The notes beneath the pieces were generated by a model. That model was not told the DNA's origin. It ran no database searches and saw nothing but the letters and a program-made list of their open reading frames with translations. This document shows, piece after piece, positions 21,249 through 32,458 of a DNA stretch of 64,000 nucleotides (within the stretch, counting starts at the first letter, position 1; the number at the start of each line of letters is the position of its first letter). This DNA comes from an uncultured delta proteobacterium (GTDB lineage: Bacteria > Desulfobacterota > Desulfobacteria > Desulfobacterales > JAHEIW01): contig CAVPNL010000006.1 of the NCBI GenBank assembly GCA_963706575.1, forward strand, positions 1 to 64,000. The letters are read 5' to 3'. A program made the translations under genes and the position numbers.

Positions 21249-22743
21249 CTATGCGAAAATCGGCGGGCGTTTATCGAACCAGGGTTGCGCTTCTTCCAGC
21301 TGTGCGGCCAGCCGCAGCAGGGTGGCTTCATCTCCGTAGCGTCCCATGAAGTGCACCCCACAGGGCAGCTGATCGTCGGTCCAGTAAAGCGGCACGGACA
21401 TTGCCGGCTGTCCGGTGAAATTAGCCAGTTCGGTAAAAGGCATTTTCGAAAGGTTTTCAACTGCCAGCTTATCGGTTATTCCCGAGGCTTTCAGCAAACC
21501 GCCCAGTCCCAGCGTGTTGATAACTTTTAGCAAAATGAGCTCTATCGGTTTTGGTTTCAGTTCGCCTATTTTGACCGGCGGGTAAGCCAGCGTGGGGGTC
21601 AGGTAAATATCGTAGGTCTCATGGAATCGGCCCATGATGCGAGCTGCCAGTTCCCACTCGCGCATCGCTTTTACGAAATGACCGGCAGAATAGGTACGAC
21701 CCATTAAGCCCAGTGTCCAGGAAAGGGGCTCCACATCGGATTGTTTCGCTTTTCTTCCCAAATGGATTCTAAATCGTCAATAAGAGCCGCCATTTCACCG
21801 AAGTACATGGTGAGAAAGCTCTTTGCCAGGGCCTGGCCGTCAACATCCGGTTTCGCCTCCTCGATATTGTGTCCCAGGCGTTCCAACAGGCGAAGCGTGT
21901 GTTCCACCGCCTGGATGCATTCGGTGTGAACCTCCGTGTCAATAAACGATTGCGTACTGTATGCAATTCGGAGACGGCCCGGGCTTTGTTCGATTTCATT
22001 CAGGTAAGGCGCCTCCGGCGGCGGGATGATAAAAGGAGCACCCACATCGGTGCCCTGGGTCGCATCTAAAATGGCAGCACTGTCCCGCACGGATCGACTG
22101 ATGACATGCTCAGCAATGGCGCCCTGCCAGGTTTTGCCAGGGTCCGGACCATTCGGCGTGCGGCCGCGGGTGACCTTTAAGCCAAACAGGCCGCAACATG
22201 AAGCGGGAATGCGGATAGAACCTCCGCCGTCGTTTGCCGAGGCCAGCGGCACCATGCCGCTGGCAACCGCAGCGGCAGATCCGCCGCTCGAGCCTCCCGG
22301 TGTGTGGTCCGTATTCCAGGGGTTGCGGGTCGGTCCGTGAAATTCAGGCTCAGTGTAGCCCACCAATCCGAATTCCGGGGTGTTGGTTTTGCCCAGAATC
22401 ACCAGGCCGGCGTTCTTATAGCGTTTTACCAGCTCACTGTCCCGGGCCGGAATATAATTTTTACACGCCCTGGATCCCATGGTTTGGGGAACACCGGCAA
22501 AGTCTCCCAGCAAGTCTTTCAACAGGAAGGGGACACCGGTAAAAGGGCCGTCCGGCAGAGTTGCCTGAACCGCCTGGCGGGCCAGATCATACATGGGAGT
22601 GATGATGGCATTCAAAGCGGGGTTGACGCGTTCGATCCGCCTAATGGCTTCTTCGCATATTTCAGCCGCTGAAACTTCTTTTTCTTCACCAGCCCCGCCA
22701 ACCCGAGACCATCGTATTGATCGTATTCCTTAAAGTCCCCCAT
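21249..22743 (-). CDS. Amidase-signature family amidase; two frameshifts (near 22680 and 21760, both in homopolymer runs)
   Basis: [46 protein letters not shown]-terminal [15 protein letters not shown] before ATG 22743. Confidence 0.88.
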
Positions 22744-22841
22744 ATATATCTCCTTCGCAATAGGTTTAGGTATCGGTTCATCAATAGCTGATGGCGTTTA
22801 GCGGATCAAGAAAAAAGAGCTGACTAAAATAAACATCAGAT

Positions 22842-23003
22842 TTATAGCGGTTGTCAAAAATTTGTTCCGATAATCTGTCATTGCGAGGAGCCTAGCGACG
22901 AAGCAATCTTTTGGAAAACCAGAGAGATTGCTTCGCTTCGCTCGCAATGACTTTTGAAAGATTCGCTAAGTCAATCGGAACATATTTTTGACAATTATTA
23001 TAA
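22842..23003. mobile_element. MITE-like element with 30-bp terminal inverted repeats enclosing an internal palindrome
   Basis: TTATAGCGGTTGTCAAAAATTTGTTCCGAT versus right end reverse complement TTATAATAATTGTCAAAAATATGTTCCGAT (25/30 identical); no ORF inside. Confidence 0.65.
22877..22951. repeat. GTCATTGCGAG...CTCGCAATGAC palindromic (REP/RPE-like) element
   Basis: GTCATTGCGAG pairs with CTCGCAATGAC, and CGAAGCAATCT pairs with AGATTGCTTCG. Confidence 0.8.
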
Positions 23004-23005
23004 GC

Positions 23006-23114
23006 CTCACGCAAAGACGCAAAGGCGCAAAGTTTTTTTATTTTTAAATTATCTTTTTTTGCGGCTTAGCCCCCCGTCGCTAAAGCTATGGCGCGGCAGG
23101 CGGCTTTGCGTGAG
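23006..23114. repeat. CTCACGCAAAG...CTTTGCGTGAG inverted-repeat element with CGCAAAG repeats
   Basis: Perfect 11-bp terminal IR; related half-copies near 19446 and 27859. Confidence 0.7.
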
Positions 23115-23129
23115 CGATATTGAAGTCGT

Positions 23130-23879
23130 TTAGCTGTGATGGGAAACCGCTTGAGGGGAGGTCTGATGATGGTCAGATGACACATGGACGGTTTCTGTCC
23201 GTGATAATTTTAGCAGTTCGGCTGAATTCGCTGTTCCATTCAGCGTCATTTCATTATCGGTTACGCGAACGTAATGGGTTGGCTGTTCTGTCCAGGCGCC
23301 GGTGTTTAAGTATCTGATCCCATTAATAAAATGTTCTTCAGCAAAATGGGTGTGACCGCAGGTGACGGCTTCGAAACCGTTTGCCGCGGCATAATTTACG
23401 GCATTTAACATGACATTTTTTCGCAGATACTCGTAAAAACTTTTCCATTTCTTGGCATACTGGGCCACATGGACCGGTCGGGCACCCAGTTTAACCCGCA
23501 GATCATGCATTATTTTAAAGGCTTTTATGAACATCTGACTTCGCGGCATGACCTCATCGAAAAAATCTCCATGGGTGATAAATAGTCTTTTTTGTAGAGC
23601 ATGGTGCTGCTTTATCTTTATTTTTCCTAAATTATCAGGTACATACCCGTTGTCGTGATTTCCCCGCACCCAGACGACTCTCTGCTGGAGTGACATTTCT
23701 CCAAAGCAATCCAGTATCTGTTGATCAGCCGGCTTCATTTTTCGGTAAGGATTATTGATGATATCGCCATTTAAAATAAATTCATAATCTTGGGGAACAT
23801 TCTCTATAAATTGCATGAAGTTTTCGCGTAAAAAGTAGCGGGAGCCGATGTGAAGATCACTAACAACGATAGCGTTCAT
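23130..23879 (-). CDS. Calcineurin-like metallophosphoesterase (UDP-2,3-diacylglucosamine hydrolase-like)
   Basis: SDLHIG, NGDI, GNHD, HGD, GHTH and NTGAW motifs. Confidence 0.85.
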   Translation of the reverse strand: MNAIVVSDLHIGSRYFLRENFMQFIENVPQDYEFILNGDIINNPYRKMKPADQQILDCFGEMSLQQRVVWVRGNHDNGYVPDNLGKIKIKQHHALQKRLFITHGDFFDEVMPRSQMFIKAFKIMHDLRVKLGARPVHVAQYAKKWKSFYEYLRKNVMLNAVNYAAANGFEAVTCGHTHFAEEHFINGIRYLNTGAWTEQPTHYVRVTDNEMTLNGTANSAELLKLSRTETVHVSSDHHQTSPQAVSHHS

Positions 23880-24092
23880 ATTATTCGATAGTTACAGGTT
23901 AAAGTTAAACGAGTTTTTAAGAGGACATTCAAGCGTTTGTTGAATTATACACCAAAAACGCTCTAAAAGGTTAAAATATTTCGAATGGGAATACGAAAAA
24001 AGGCGGGTCAAAGTGGTCGTGATCAATCACTTTAGCTTATAAGTTTTTGAACTAACATAAATTTTTACTTTGTTTCTTTGCTTGAGATAATC

Positions 24093-24446
24093 TTATCGCG
24101 GTAGCGGCGTCTGCCAGTTCCAGCTGTTTCCAGCGGTTGTGGCCTTTTTGATGACACCCCACCAGACGAGCGGAATGCTGATCAGCAGACAGATCACAAA
24201 AATCCACATGATGATATAGGAAATTCTTAAAAATCTGGATTCATCAAATTCAGGATCCGTAGAAGTTTTCCGTCTGATTTCCAATCGTTTTAAAACCACT
24301 TCCTGCAGCCAGAACAACAACATGACCGGTCCCATAATGGCACACAACGGCACAGGCGCACCGAACACTTTGAATTCATTAATAATATCAGTTATCAAAA
24401 AACCAAATACCAGCCACAAAACGGCTCTTGCAATGAAAGAAATCAT
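24093..24446 (-). CDS. Hypothetical membrane protein (about 3 TM)
   Basis: Three hydrophobic segments; ATG 10 nt after the upstream stop. Confidence 0.6.
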   Translation of the reverse strand: MISFIARAVLWLVFGFLITDIINEFKVFGAPVPLCAIMGPVMLLFWLQEVVLKRLEIRRKTSTDPEFDESRFLRISYIIMWIFVICLLISIPLVWWGVIKKATTAGNSWNWQTPLPR

Positions 24447-24456
24447 TTTTTGCTTT

Positions 24457-27400
24457 TTAGCGTAAAGACGCCAGTTCTTCTTTAGCCTGTTGCAGGAAAA
24501 AATCTGCCTCGCATTGCTCGAAAAGATCAATTGCTTTGGAGAGGCATTGTCTGGCCTGATCGGTTCGCTTCTTGGCTTTGTACAGGGCCCCCAGATCTAT
24601 ATATGTCCGAGCAACATAATTTTTAGCATCGATCTGATTGAATATTTCAATTGCCCGATTAAAGTGCATTTCGGCTTTTTTAGCGGCGGAAGGAGCATTT
24701 TTTAATAAAAAGCCTATATTTTTAGCCATACTTGACAGATTGACCGATTTAGCTCCTTCCACCAGCTGCAAATAAATCCTTCCGAGAATAGCCTCAGACT
24801 GTGCCAGCCAGAATATGCGCTCACTTTTCTGATACGATGCCTGTACAGCTTTTATGGTTTTAAGTCCCTCGTTCATTTGACCTTTCGCGATACAAATCAC
24901 CCCGCGAAATAACCTCGCCGGACTCGACCAGACTTGATAACCATATTCCCGTGAAAACGTTTCGAGCTGTTCGATTTCTTCTTCTATTTCCAGCAAGTGA
25001 CCGCTGAAACCTTTAACGATGCAGGATGTCATCCTGCCACTGGAGGAGTAAATGGGATCAACAGAAACATTGACCGCCTTCTGAACGAATTCCTGAGCCG
25101 GCTGAAAATTGCCAGCCATTAAATGGCTTAATCCGATGGCCTGATAGCCCAGAAATATGCTTCGAAGATCCGAATATTTTTGACCATAGCCCAACAGCTT
25201 TTCTCCGGCTTCAAGTACTTTTTTTCGTTCGCCTTTGTAATTATAGGCGACTGATAGACCGCCAAGGGATTTAAAAAAGAGGTAGTGATCCGACCCAAAA
25301 ATTTTTGCAATTCGCTGCGCTCTTTGTCCTTGAGTTATGGCTTCATCCAACAGGCCCAACTCACAGCAGGTCCAGCAAAGCCATGCACAGGCATGCCCGA
25401 TAATTCGATCGTTTTGAATTTCTTCACCCATTTTGATTGCTTTATGTAGATACTGATATGAATCTCGGTATTTTTCCCTACCGTAAAAGATAAAACCCAG
25501 CCAAGCAAAGAACATGCCTGTCCTTTGTTTGTCTTCTAAATTTGTGGCAAATTCTTCATAGGCAACGAATAGTTTCTCAAATGCGAAACAATCCGCCCGG
25601 TAGTAGAAAACCATGGCCCAATCCAAGATGAGATCCATTAAAAGAAGCTCCTCGTCTTTTGTTTTCTCCGGTTTATTCGACAGCAGGTCAAACGCTTCCT
25701 GATAATATCGATGGGCTTCTTCTACAGCATAGCGTTTCAGGCTTTTTTCCCCCGCCTTCATAAGATAGGTTACTGCTTTTAAAACCGATTGACCCTGCTG
25801 GAAATGATAGGCCAGGGTTTCGTAAAATTCGGGCAGTCGGTCGTTGAACAATTGCTCCATGACCAGGCCGATGCGCTCATGGATGGCACGGCGTTCTTTT
25901 TTTAGCAGGCCGTTGTATACGACTTCCTGGGTCAGAGCATGTTTGAAGATATATTCCAGATCCGGCTGCAGCGCCCTGGCACGAATGAGGTCAAGCCGCT
26001 CCAGGCTTCGCAAACTCTGGTCGATTTGCTGTTTCAACTCTGTGACGCGATTGAGAATCTCGTAAAAAAAGGTTCGCCCGATCACCGAGGCTTCCTGCAA
26101 AATCCGCTTGCTCTCCTTCTCCAGTCGATCCAGTCTGCCGGAAATCACCCCGTGGATGGTCGATGATACTTCGGCTTCGGTTATATCCCTGGTGAGCTTC
26201 CAGTTGCTGTTGTCGCGAATCAGTGTATCCGATTCGATCAGGGAATTGATGACTTCTTCGATATAAAATGGGTTGCCTTCGACCTTGTCCTGCAGAAATC
26301 GCTGCAGTTCAGCTGGAATCGTTTTTGTCTTCAATATCGATTCCACCATACCCTGTGATTCGGATGCTGAGAGATCCTGCAGGCGGATTTCCTGGTAAGG
26401 ATGGGTCATGGCGCTGACCTGGTGACTGGTGAATAAAGAGATGATCGGTCGATAGACACACAGAAAAAGGATGGGATCTCTGGATTCTGACAGCAGCAAA
26501 CGAATGAGGTCTAAAAAAGAAGGATCTGCCCAGTGCAGATCTTCTAAACGTATGATAGTTGGCGCCTGTTGCGCCAGAGATGAAAGTATCGTCTTGAATG
26601 GCCTTTTGCAGCTGCTCTTTCCAGAAAGCCGGGCTGACTTCATCGATTTCCGGGTAGCTCAATGAATATAAACTCCCGATGTAGGGGATGAATTGGGTGT
26701 CCGCACCGACCAGGGAAGAGATGCCGGATTCAATCTTTTCTTTTACACGATCCGGCGGGTCGCCTTCTTCGATCTGAAGGGAACGATTCAAAAGGTCAAT
26801 CAGCGGGATAATAGGGGATATTCTGGCTGTGGGGATAGGCGTGTCCCTCCAACCATTGAATCTCATCCAGATTTAAGCTTTCCTTAAACTCCTGTGACCA
26901 GTCTGCTTTTGCCTGTGCCCGCCGGACCATAAATCGAGAATACCGCACCGCTTCCCGCTTTAAGTTTGCAGGCCGCATCCGCTAGCTGATTCAATTCCAC
27001 ACTACGTCCAATCAGATCGGCTTGAAAACCGTGGAGACGGTGGATCTTAATGGGCTGTTCTTTTTGAGCGATAACTTTATAAATTCGGATGGGCTCGGAT
27101 TTGCCCTTAATCGCAGCCGGTTCCATTTCTTTAAAATCAAAGTAGCCTTCGGATTGGTAATAGGTATCCGGACCGACCAGGATGTCATCGGCCATGCCCT
27201 GATCACTGAGGCGAGCGGCCACATTAATGGTATCACCGGCAACGCCGTGGGTGCCTTTTTCCAGATTGATTTCGCCGGTCACCACCAGGCCGGTGTTGAT
27301 CCCGCTGTGCATCACCAGGGGTTGTTCGATGCGCTCCTCGTACTGCGGGCTTAGAGCATTGACCCGGTTGTGGATTTCCCGGGCGGCTTTGATAGCCCTG

Positions 27401-27843
27401 ACCGGATCATCCTCGTGGGCTTCGGTGGCACCGAACAGCGCCATGACCGCATCACCGGCAAACTTTTCGACAAAGCCTTCATATTTGCTGATGATCTTTG
27501 AGACTTCATCAAATATTTTGGAGGTGATCTCTTTGACCTCTTCCGGGTCCAGCCGCTCGCTCATGGCGGTGTAGCCGGAAAGATCCGAAAAAAGAGCTGT
27601 GACGTGTTTGCGTTCACTGGGGATTGGTTTGAGCGGGGGCGCATCTTCAGCCGGGGGAGGCTCCGTAATCTGGGGGTCGGGTTTTTGGGGCTGCCTTAAA
27701 TCCCGGCCGCAGGCGTCACAAAACTTGGCCCGGGGTGGCAGAGACTTTTCGCAACCGGGGCATTTGATTCCCAGTTCGGCGCCACACTCCAGGCAAAAGA
27801 CGGCTTCTTCCCTATTTATCAGCTGGCAATTTGGACATTCCAT
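24457..27843 (-). CDS. Double zinc ribbon + class III nucleotide cyclase + AAA (STAND-like) + TPR protein, copy 1; several frameshifts between about 26590 and 26890
   Basis: CxxC x4; LFSDLSGYT, EKFAGDAVM, GDTINVAARL; GPAGTGKS; LEDLHWAD; YIFKHALTQEV; TPR-like C-terminus. Confidence 0.87.
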
Positions 27844-27932
27844 TTTTAATTTCCTTCCCTCACGCAAACCCGTCCGCCTCGCCTTGCTCGCATGCCGGCG
27901 TGGGAAGCCAAGTCGCAAAGAAAAAAAGCCTT

Positions 27933-29291
27933 CTACGCTTTCCATGAAACTTCATGCAATTTTATACTGTCATCAAAACCTTTGGGTTTGAATTTGCCCC
28001 TTTCGGCAAGGCTGAATTTGCCGCCGGCAGCCAGCTGTTTGGATATATCGGAAATCAAAATCTGGCCGCCTTCACATTCTGAAACAATTCGTGAGGCCAT
28101 AACGACTGCCTGGCCGAAAGGGCGCCGGCCTTCACGTTTGACAACCTCACCGGTATTGATGCCGATACGGAGGTGAAGTTGAGGAAGGTTTTGCGCGATT
28201 TCTTTCTGAATCGCGCAGGCGAACTTAATGGCGGAGGTTGCCGACTCAAAAGACAGCATGAAGCCATCCCCCAGATTTTGTAGCTCCTCTCCTTTGTATC
28301 TTTTAATTTGATCCCTAATGATTTTGTCGTGTTGTTGAAAGATATCCCTGGCATCTGCATCGCCGAGGCTGTTGACCAGATCCGTCGATGAGACAATATC
28401 GCTAAAAACGATAGTGGCCTGTTCGGCTGGTTCAGATTCTTCACCGGGAAAATCTCGAATATCACCATTTGCCATATCTGGCGTTACGATGCCGGTGAAA
28501 TCCAAGATTTCATCAATGATTTCATTTGATTCTCCATACCATGGAGGGTGAAAATCTCCACCCAATATCTTAAAATGTGCATCCGGGATCTCAGCAGCAA
28601 GCTGTCTGCCATGATCGATTAAAATTGCTTTATCATTGTCCCGATGCAAGATCAGGGTTGGCGGTTTAATGCTGGAAAGAACGTTTGTTACATCGACTGA
28701 ATAGCAAAGCTCCAGTAGCTTGGCGGCCATATCAGCGCTGGAGGATAATCGCTGGAACTTGGCAAGGCTTTGAAGCTCTTCCGAGTTAGCTCCCGGAATG
28801 AAGACATCGGCAAGCGCTTTGGAACCAAGGCCCCATGATGCTTTGATTAAGGATATTATGGCAGCCTGGACCTTTTTTTTAGCGAGAGTTTCCCCATTCG
28901 CATAGGTCCCATAGAGCATCAAGCGAGTCACTCTTTTCGGATGGCGGGCTGTATACGCTATTGCCAGGGGGCCTGACATAGAGGCTCCAAAAAGGTAGAA
29001 TTCTTCAAGGCCTATATGGTCCACGACTGTTTCAAGGTCCAATAGTTCGGACTCGAGGGTAAATTCCGTTCGATTCTTATCAGATTGACCACAGCCATGC
29101 TTATCGTAAAAGATGACCATCATGTATTGGGCGAGTCGCTCTATATATTGATTCATAAATGGGTCTTCTATAACCAAGGAAAGACTCGTTACCCAAGGAG
29201 GAGGCAATACAAGCGGGGGGCCATTTCCAAATACTGAATAGGCAATGGTGATGCCGTCTTTTCTTTTGGCGAATTGGACCGAAGGCTTCAT
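27933..29291 (-). CDS. Alpha/beta hydrolase fold + class III cyclase fusion (LipJ/Rv1900c-like architecture)
   Basis: YDKHGCGQSD, GASMSG, PTLILH; C-terminal VFSDIVSST, LGDGFM, RIGINTGEV. Confidence 0.88.
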   Translation of the reverse strand: MKPSVQFAKRKDGITIAYSVFGNGPPLVLPPPWVTSLSLVIEDPFMNQYIERLAQYMMVIFYDKHGCGQSDKNRTEFTLESELLDLETVVDHIGLEEFYLFGASMSGPLAIAYTARHPKRVTRLMLYGTYANGETLAKKKVQAAIISLIKASWGLGSKALADVFIPGANSEELQSLAKFQRLSSSADMAAKLLELCYSVDVTNVLSSIKPPTLILHRDNDKAILIDHGRQLAAEIPDAHFKILGGDFHPPWYGESNEIIDEILDFTGIVTPDMANGDIRDFPGEESEPAEQATIVFSDIVSSTDLVNSLGDADARDIFQQHDKIIRDQIKRYKGEELQNLGDGFMLSFESATSAIKFACAIQKEIAQNLPQLHLRIGINTGEVVKREGRRPFGQAVVMASRIVSECEGGQILISDISKQLAAGGKFSLAERGKFKPKGFDDSIKLHEVSWKA

Positions 29292-29640
29292 TTAGCAACC
29301 TCCTAGATCAATGTTGTTTGAAAATTTAAGAGGTATCATGCCAACAGGCGGCCAATGTTCTCCAACAGCTCGCTGAGGGATTTATCTTCAGAGGAAATTT
29401 AAACCATGTCGATAGACAATGTTTAGGGTGAGACTAAAGTTGAGAGCTCCGCTTTCGCATCAGAATTAATTTTGGAGAAAAGCCGGACAGAAGGCCGGTT
29501 TCTGCTATAATTAAATTTTTGGTTGAAGCCTGTCAAGAATTTTGATTTAAGGCGAGTTGTAAAATTAGATACGAAAGAGCACTTTGAAAGGGCGAATCCG
29601 CCGAAGGCGGACTCAACGGAACAACGCGCCAACCCACAAA

Positions 29641-32191
29641 TTATTTTTTCAGAATTTTTGTAATTTTACCCGACAACTCCTCCATGGTAAAGGGTTTCTG
29701 CATAAAGCCTTCACAGCCGCGTTCCAAGAGTTCAATTGCCTGCCCATCCACGCTGTAGCCGCTGCAGAGAAGAACTTTCACTTGCGGGTTGATGGCTTTG
29801 ATTTTGTCATAGACTTGCCCACCGCCCATATCCGGCATAATGATGTCCAAAATAGCCATTTTGATTTTATCTTTGTTGGCTTCAAAAATTTCTACGGCCT
29901 CGGTGCCATTTAAAGCTTTGAGCACGGTGTATCCTAATTTTTTAAGCATGTTTACACCCACATCCAGTACCAGTTCTTCATCGTCAACGATCAGCAGGGT
30001 ACCGCTTCCTTTAATGAGTCTGGCGTCTGCTTCAGCATCGCTTTCGACCCCGCTTTCGCTGGCGGGCAGAAAAATGGTGAATGTTGTTCCGTGACCCTTT
30101 TCAGATTCCACATCAATATATCCGTCATGGCTCTTAATGATACCGTAAACTGATGCCAACCCCAGCCCGGTGCCCCGGCCCATTTCTTTTGTCGTAAAAA
30201 AGGGGTCAAAAATTCGTTCCAGGGTCGTTTTGTTCATACCGCTGCCGGTATCGGTAATGGTGAGTTGAACATAGTTGCCCGGCATTGGATTGTAGTGGTC
30301 GCTTTTGATATTCAAATGGGTTTGGTTTTGGGTTTTTAGAATAAGTTTGCCGCCTCCGGGCATCGCGTCGGCGGCATTTACGTAAAGGTTTAACAGCACC
30401 TGGTCAATCTGACTTTCATCGGCCACTATCGAAAACAGATCATTTTCAAATATTCGCTCAATGGTAATTTCTTTGCGTGTTCGCCCGAAAGTTTCGGCAC
30501 TTTCATCCACGATCTGATTTAAATCTAACGGTTTGACATTGAATTTTCCTTTGCGGGCATATCCCAGCATCTGTCGCGTCAGCTGGGCGCCGCTTTTGAC
30601 CTGCTTTTCAATATTTTTCAACAACTCAAAATGAGGATGGGTGTTATTAAGTTCAAAGAGCATGAGGGACGTATTTCCCTGGATATTCATCAGGAGGTTG
30701 TTAAAGTCATGGGCGATCCCGCCGGCCAGGGTGCCCAGGGCTTCAAAGCGCTGCGCCTGCTGGAACTGGACTTCCAGTTTGCGGCGTTCTTCTTCGGCTG
30801 TTTTGCGATCGGTAATATCGATGGCAAACCCCCGCAATCCAACGGGTTTGCCTTCCTTAAAAATCGGCGCGGAATAAATCATTACCGGAAAAGTTTTGCC
30901 GTCTTTTCGAAGGGCGGTATATTCATTGATGCCGGTCTGCTCGCCGCTTAATATTCTGGCAACATTTTCTTTCGCGCGATCGCGGTCCGCCGGTATGATC
31001 ATGTCAAAGCTGCTTAAGCCCCGCTTGAGATCGGCTTGCGTATAGCCGAAATAGTTATAAGCGTTACGATTTACAAATGTCAGTTGACCCTCTAAATCGA
31101 CTTCAAAAATGGTCTCGGGCATCAATTCGGCCAGTTCGCGAAATCGTTCTTCACTTTCGCGCAGCGCCAGTTCGGTTTGTTTGGGTTCGGTGATGTCCAT
31201 CCCGATCGACGTACTGCTGCACCACGCCACTGTCGTCAAAAATCGCATGATCCGTCCAGATACCCAGCGCACCGAGCCATCCGGCCGCACCTGGTATTCG
31301 TATCTCACCACCGGATTTTCTGGAGTGGGATCAAATTTTTTCATGACCTTACTTAGTTCTTTCAGGGTGGATTTCAAAAAGTTCATTCCGACAAGTTTTT
31401 CGCGAGCGTTCTTAAATCCTGCAATCGGCACTGTTCACAAAGGACAACGTTCCGTCCAGTCAAAAACCGGCAGATTAAGGCCTGATATGTTCTACCATCT
31501 CGCGATAGTGCTTTTCACTTTCCTGTAAGGCATCTTCTATTCGACGCTCGCCCGTGATTTCATCCTTGAGCTGTTCAAATGCTTCACGATAGCGATTTTC
31601 GGACTCCTTGAGCGTCCGCTGATTATCGATCAGTTCTAATTGATATTTTTTCTTGAGTCGTTCGAAAAAGAAAGAGACAACGATCACCAGCATAAAGGCG
31701 ATATAAAAGCGCAGCTTAAATTCTGATACGACCAGGCTTTCATTGCCGCTGACATAAAGCTCGAGAATCAGCAGTACACAAAATAAAACCGATACCCAGA
31801 TTAACGCCCGGGCCGCCCCCAGGGCAAAAAATACCAGCACCGTAAAGAGAAAGGCCCACGGCATCCGGCTTAAATTGCCCTCCACGCCCACGGTGTAAGC
31901 GATAAAAAACCCGAACAGGAGGAACAGGCTGGTTAAAAAATAGGGATAGAGCTGATTGTCTTTTGTTTTGTAACCGGGTTTGTTAATTGCCACAAAAAGG
32001 CACAGAAGCAGGACGAACATCAGAAACAGAATGGTTCCGATCAGGTAGCGGCCGATAATGAAGTCATAGACCATAAAGAAACCTAAAACCGGCAGGCCGA
32101 CGAGCATACTGACATTGACCAGGTATTTCTGGTTATTCAATTCCATGGAATCGGGATGATTGACTTTTTCCCGGCTGATGACGGAGATCAT
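29641..32191 (-). CDS. Membrane-anchored PAS hybrid sensor histidine kinase with receiver; indels/stop around 31200-31480
   Basis: N-terminal multi-TM domain, PAS, LAGGIAHDFNN H-box, GTGLGL G2 box, IVDDE...LDIIMP receiver. Confidence 0.82.
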
Positions 32192-32458
32192 TTTTCAAAT
32201 CCTTGTTTTTGAAAGTCGAATTGCAGCGTGTTTTTAGGCAATTTTTCAGGGGATAATGAATTCATTATACCGTTAAAATGATCAGATGCAAAATTTAATT
32301 TGGCGCCGGTAGGCTTAGAGCCTCAACCTCAGTCGAGTCGAAACTACTTCCACCTCTTGCGGTGATCAGCCTAATATCTGGTGCTTTTTTCCGATATAAT
32401 TTGTGGGATCCCGTTCAGCGGGAGATATTCGAGTATTTTGAAACGCTGATTTTAGGTT

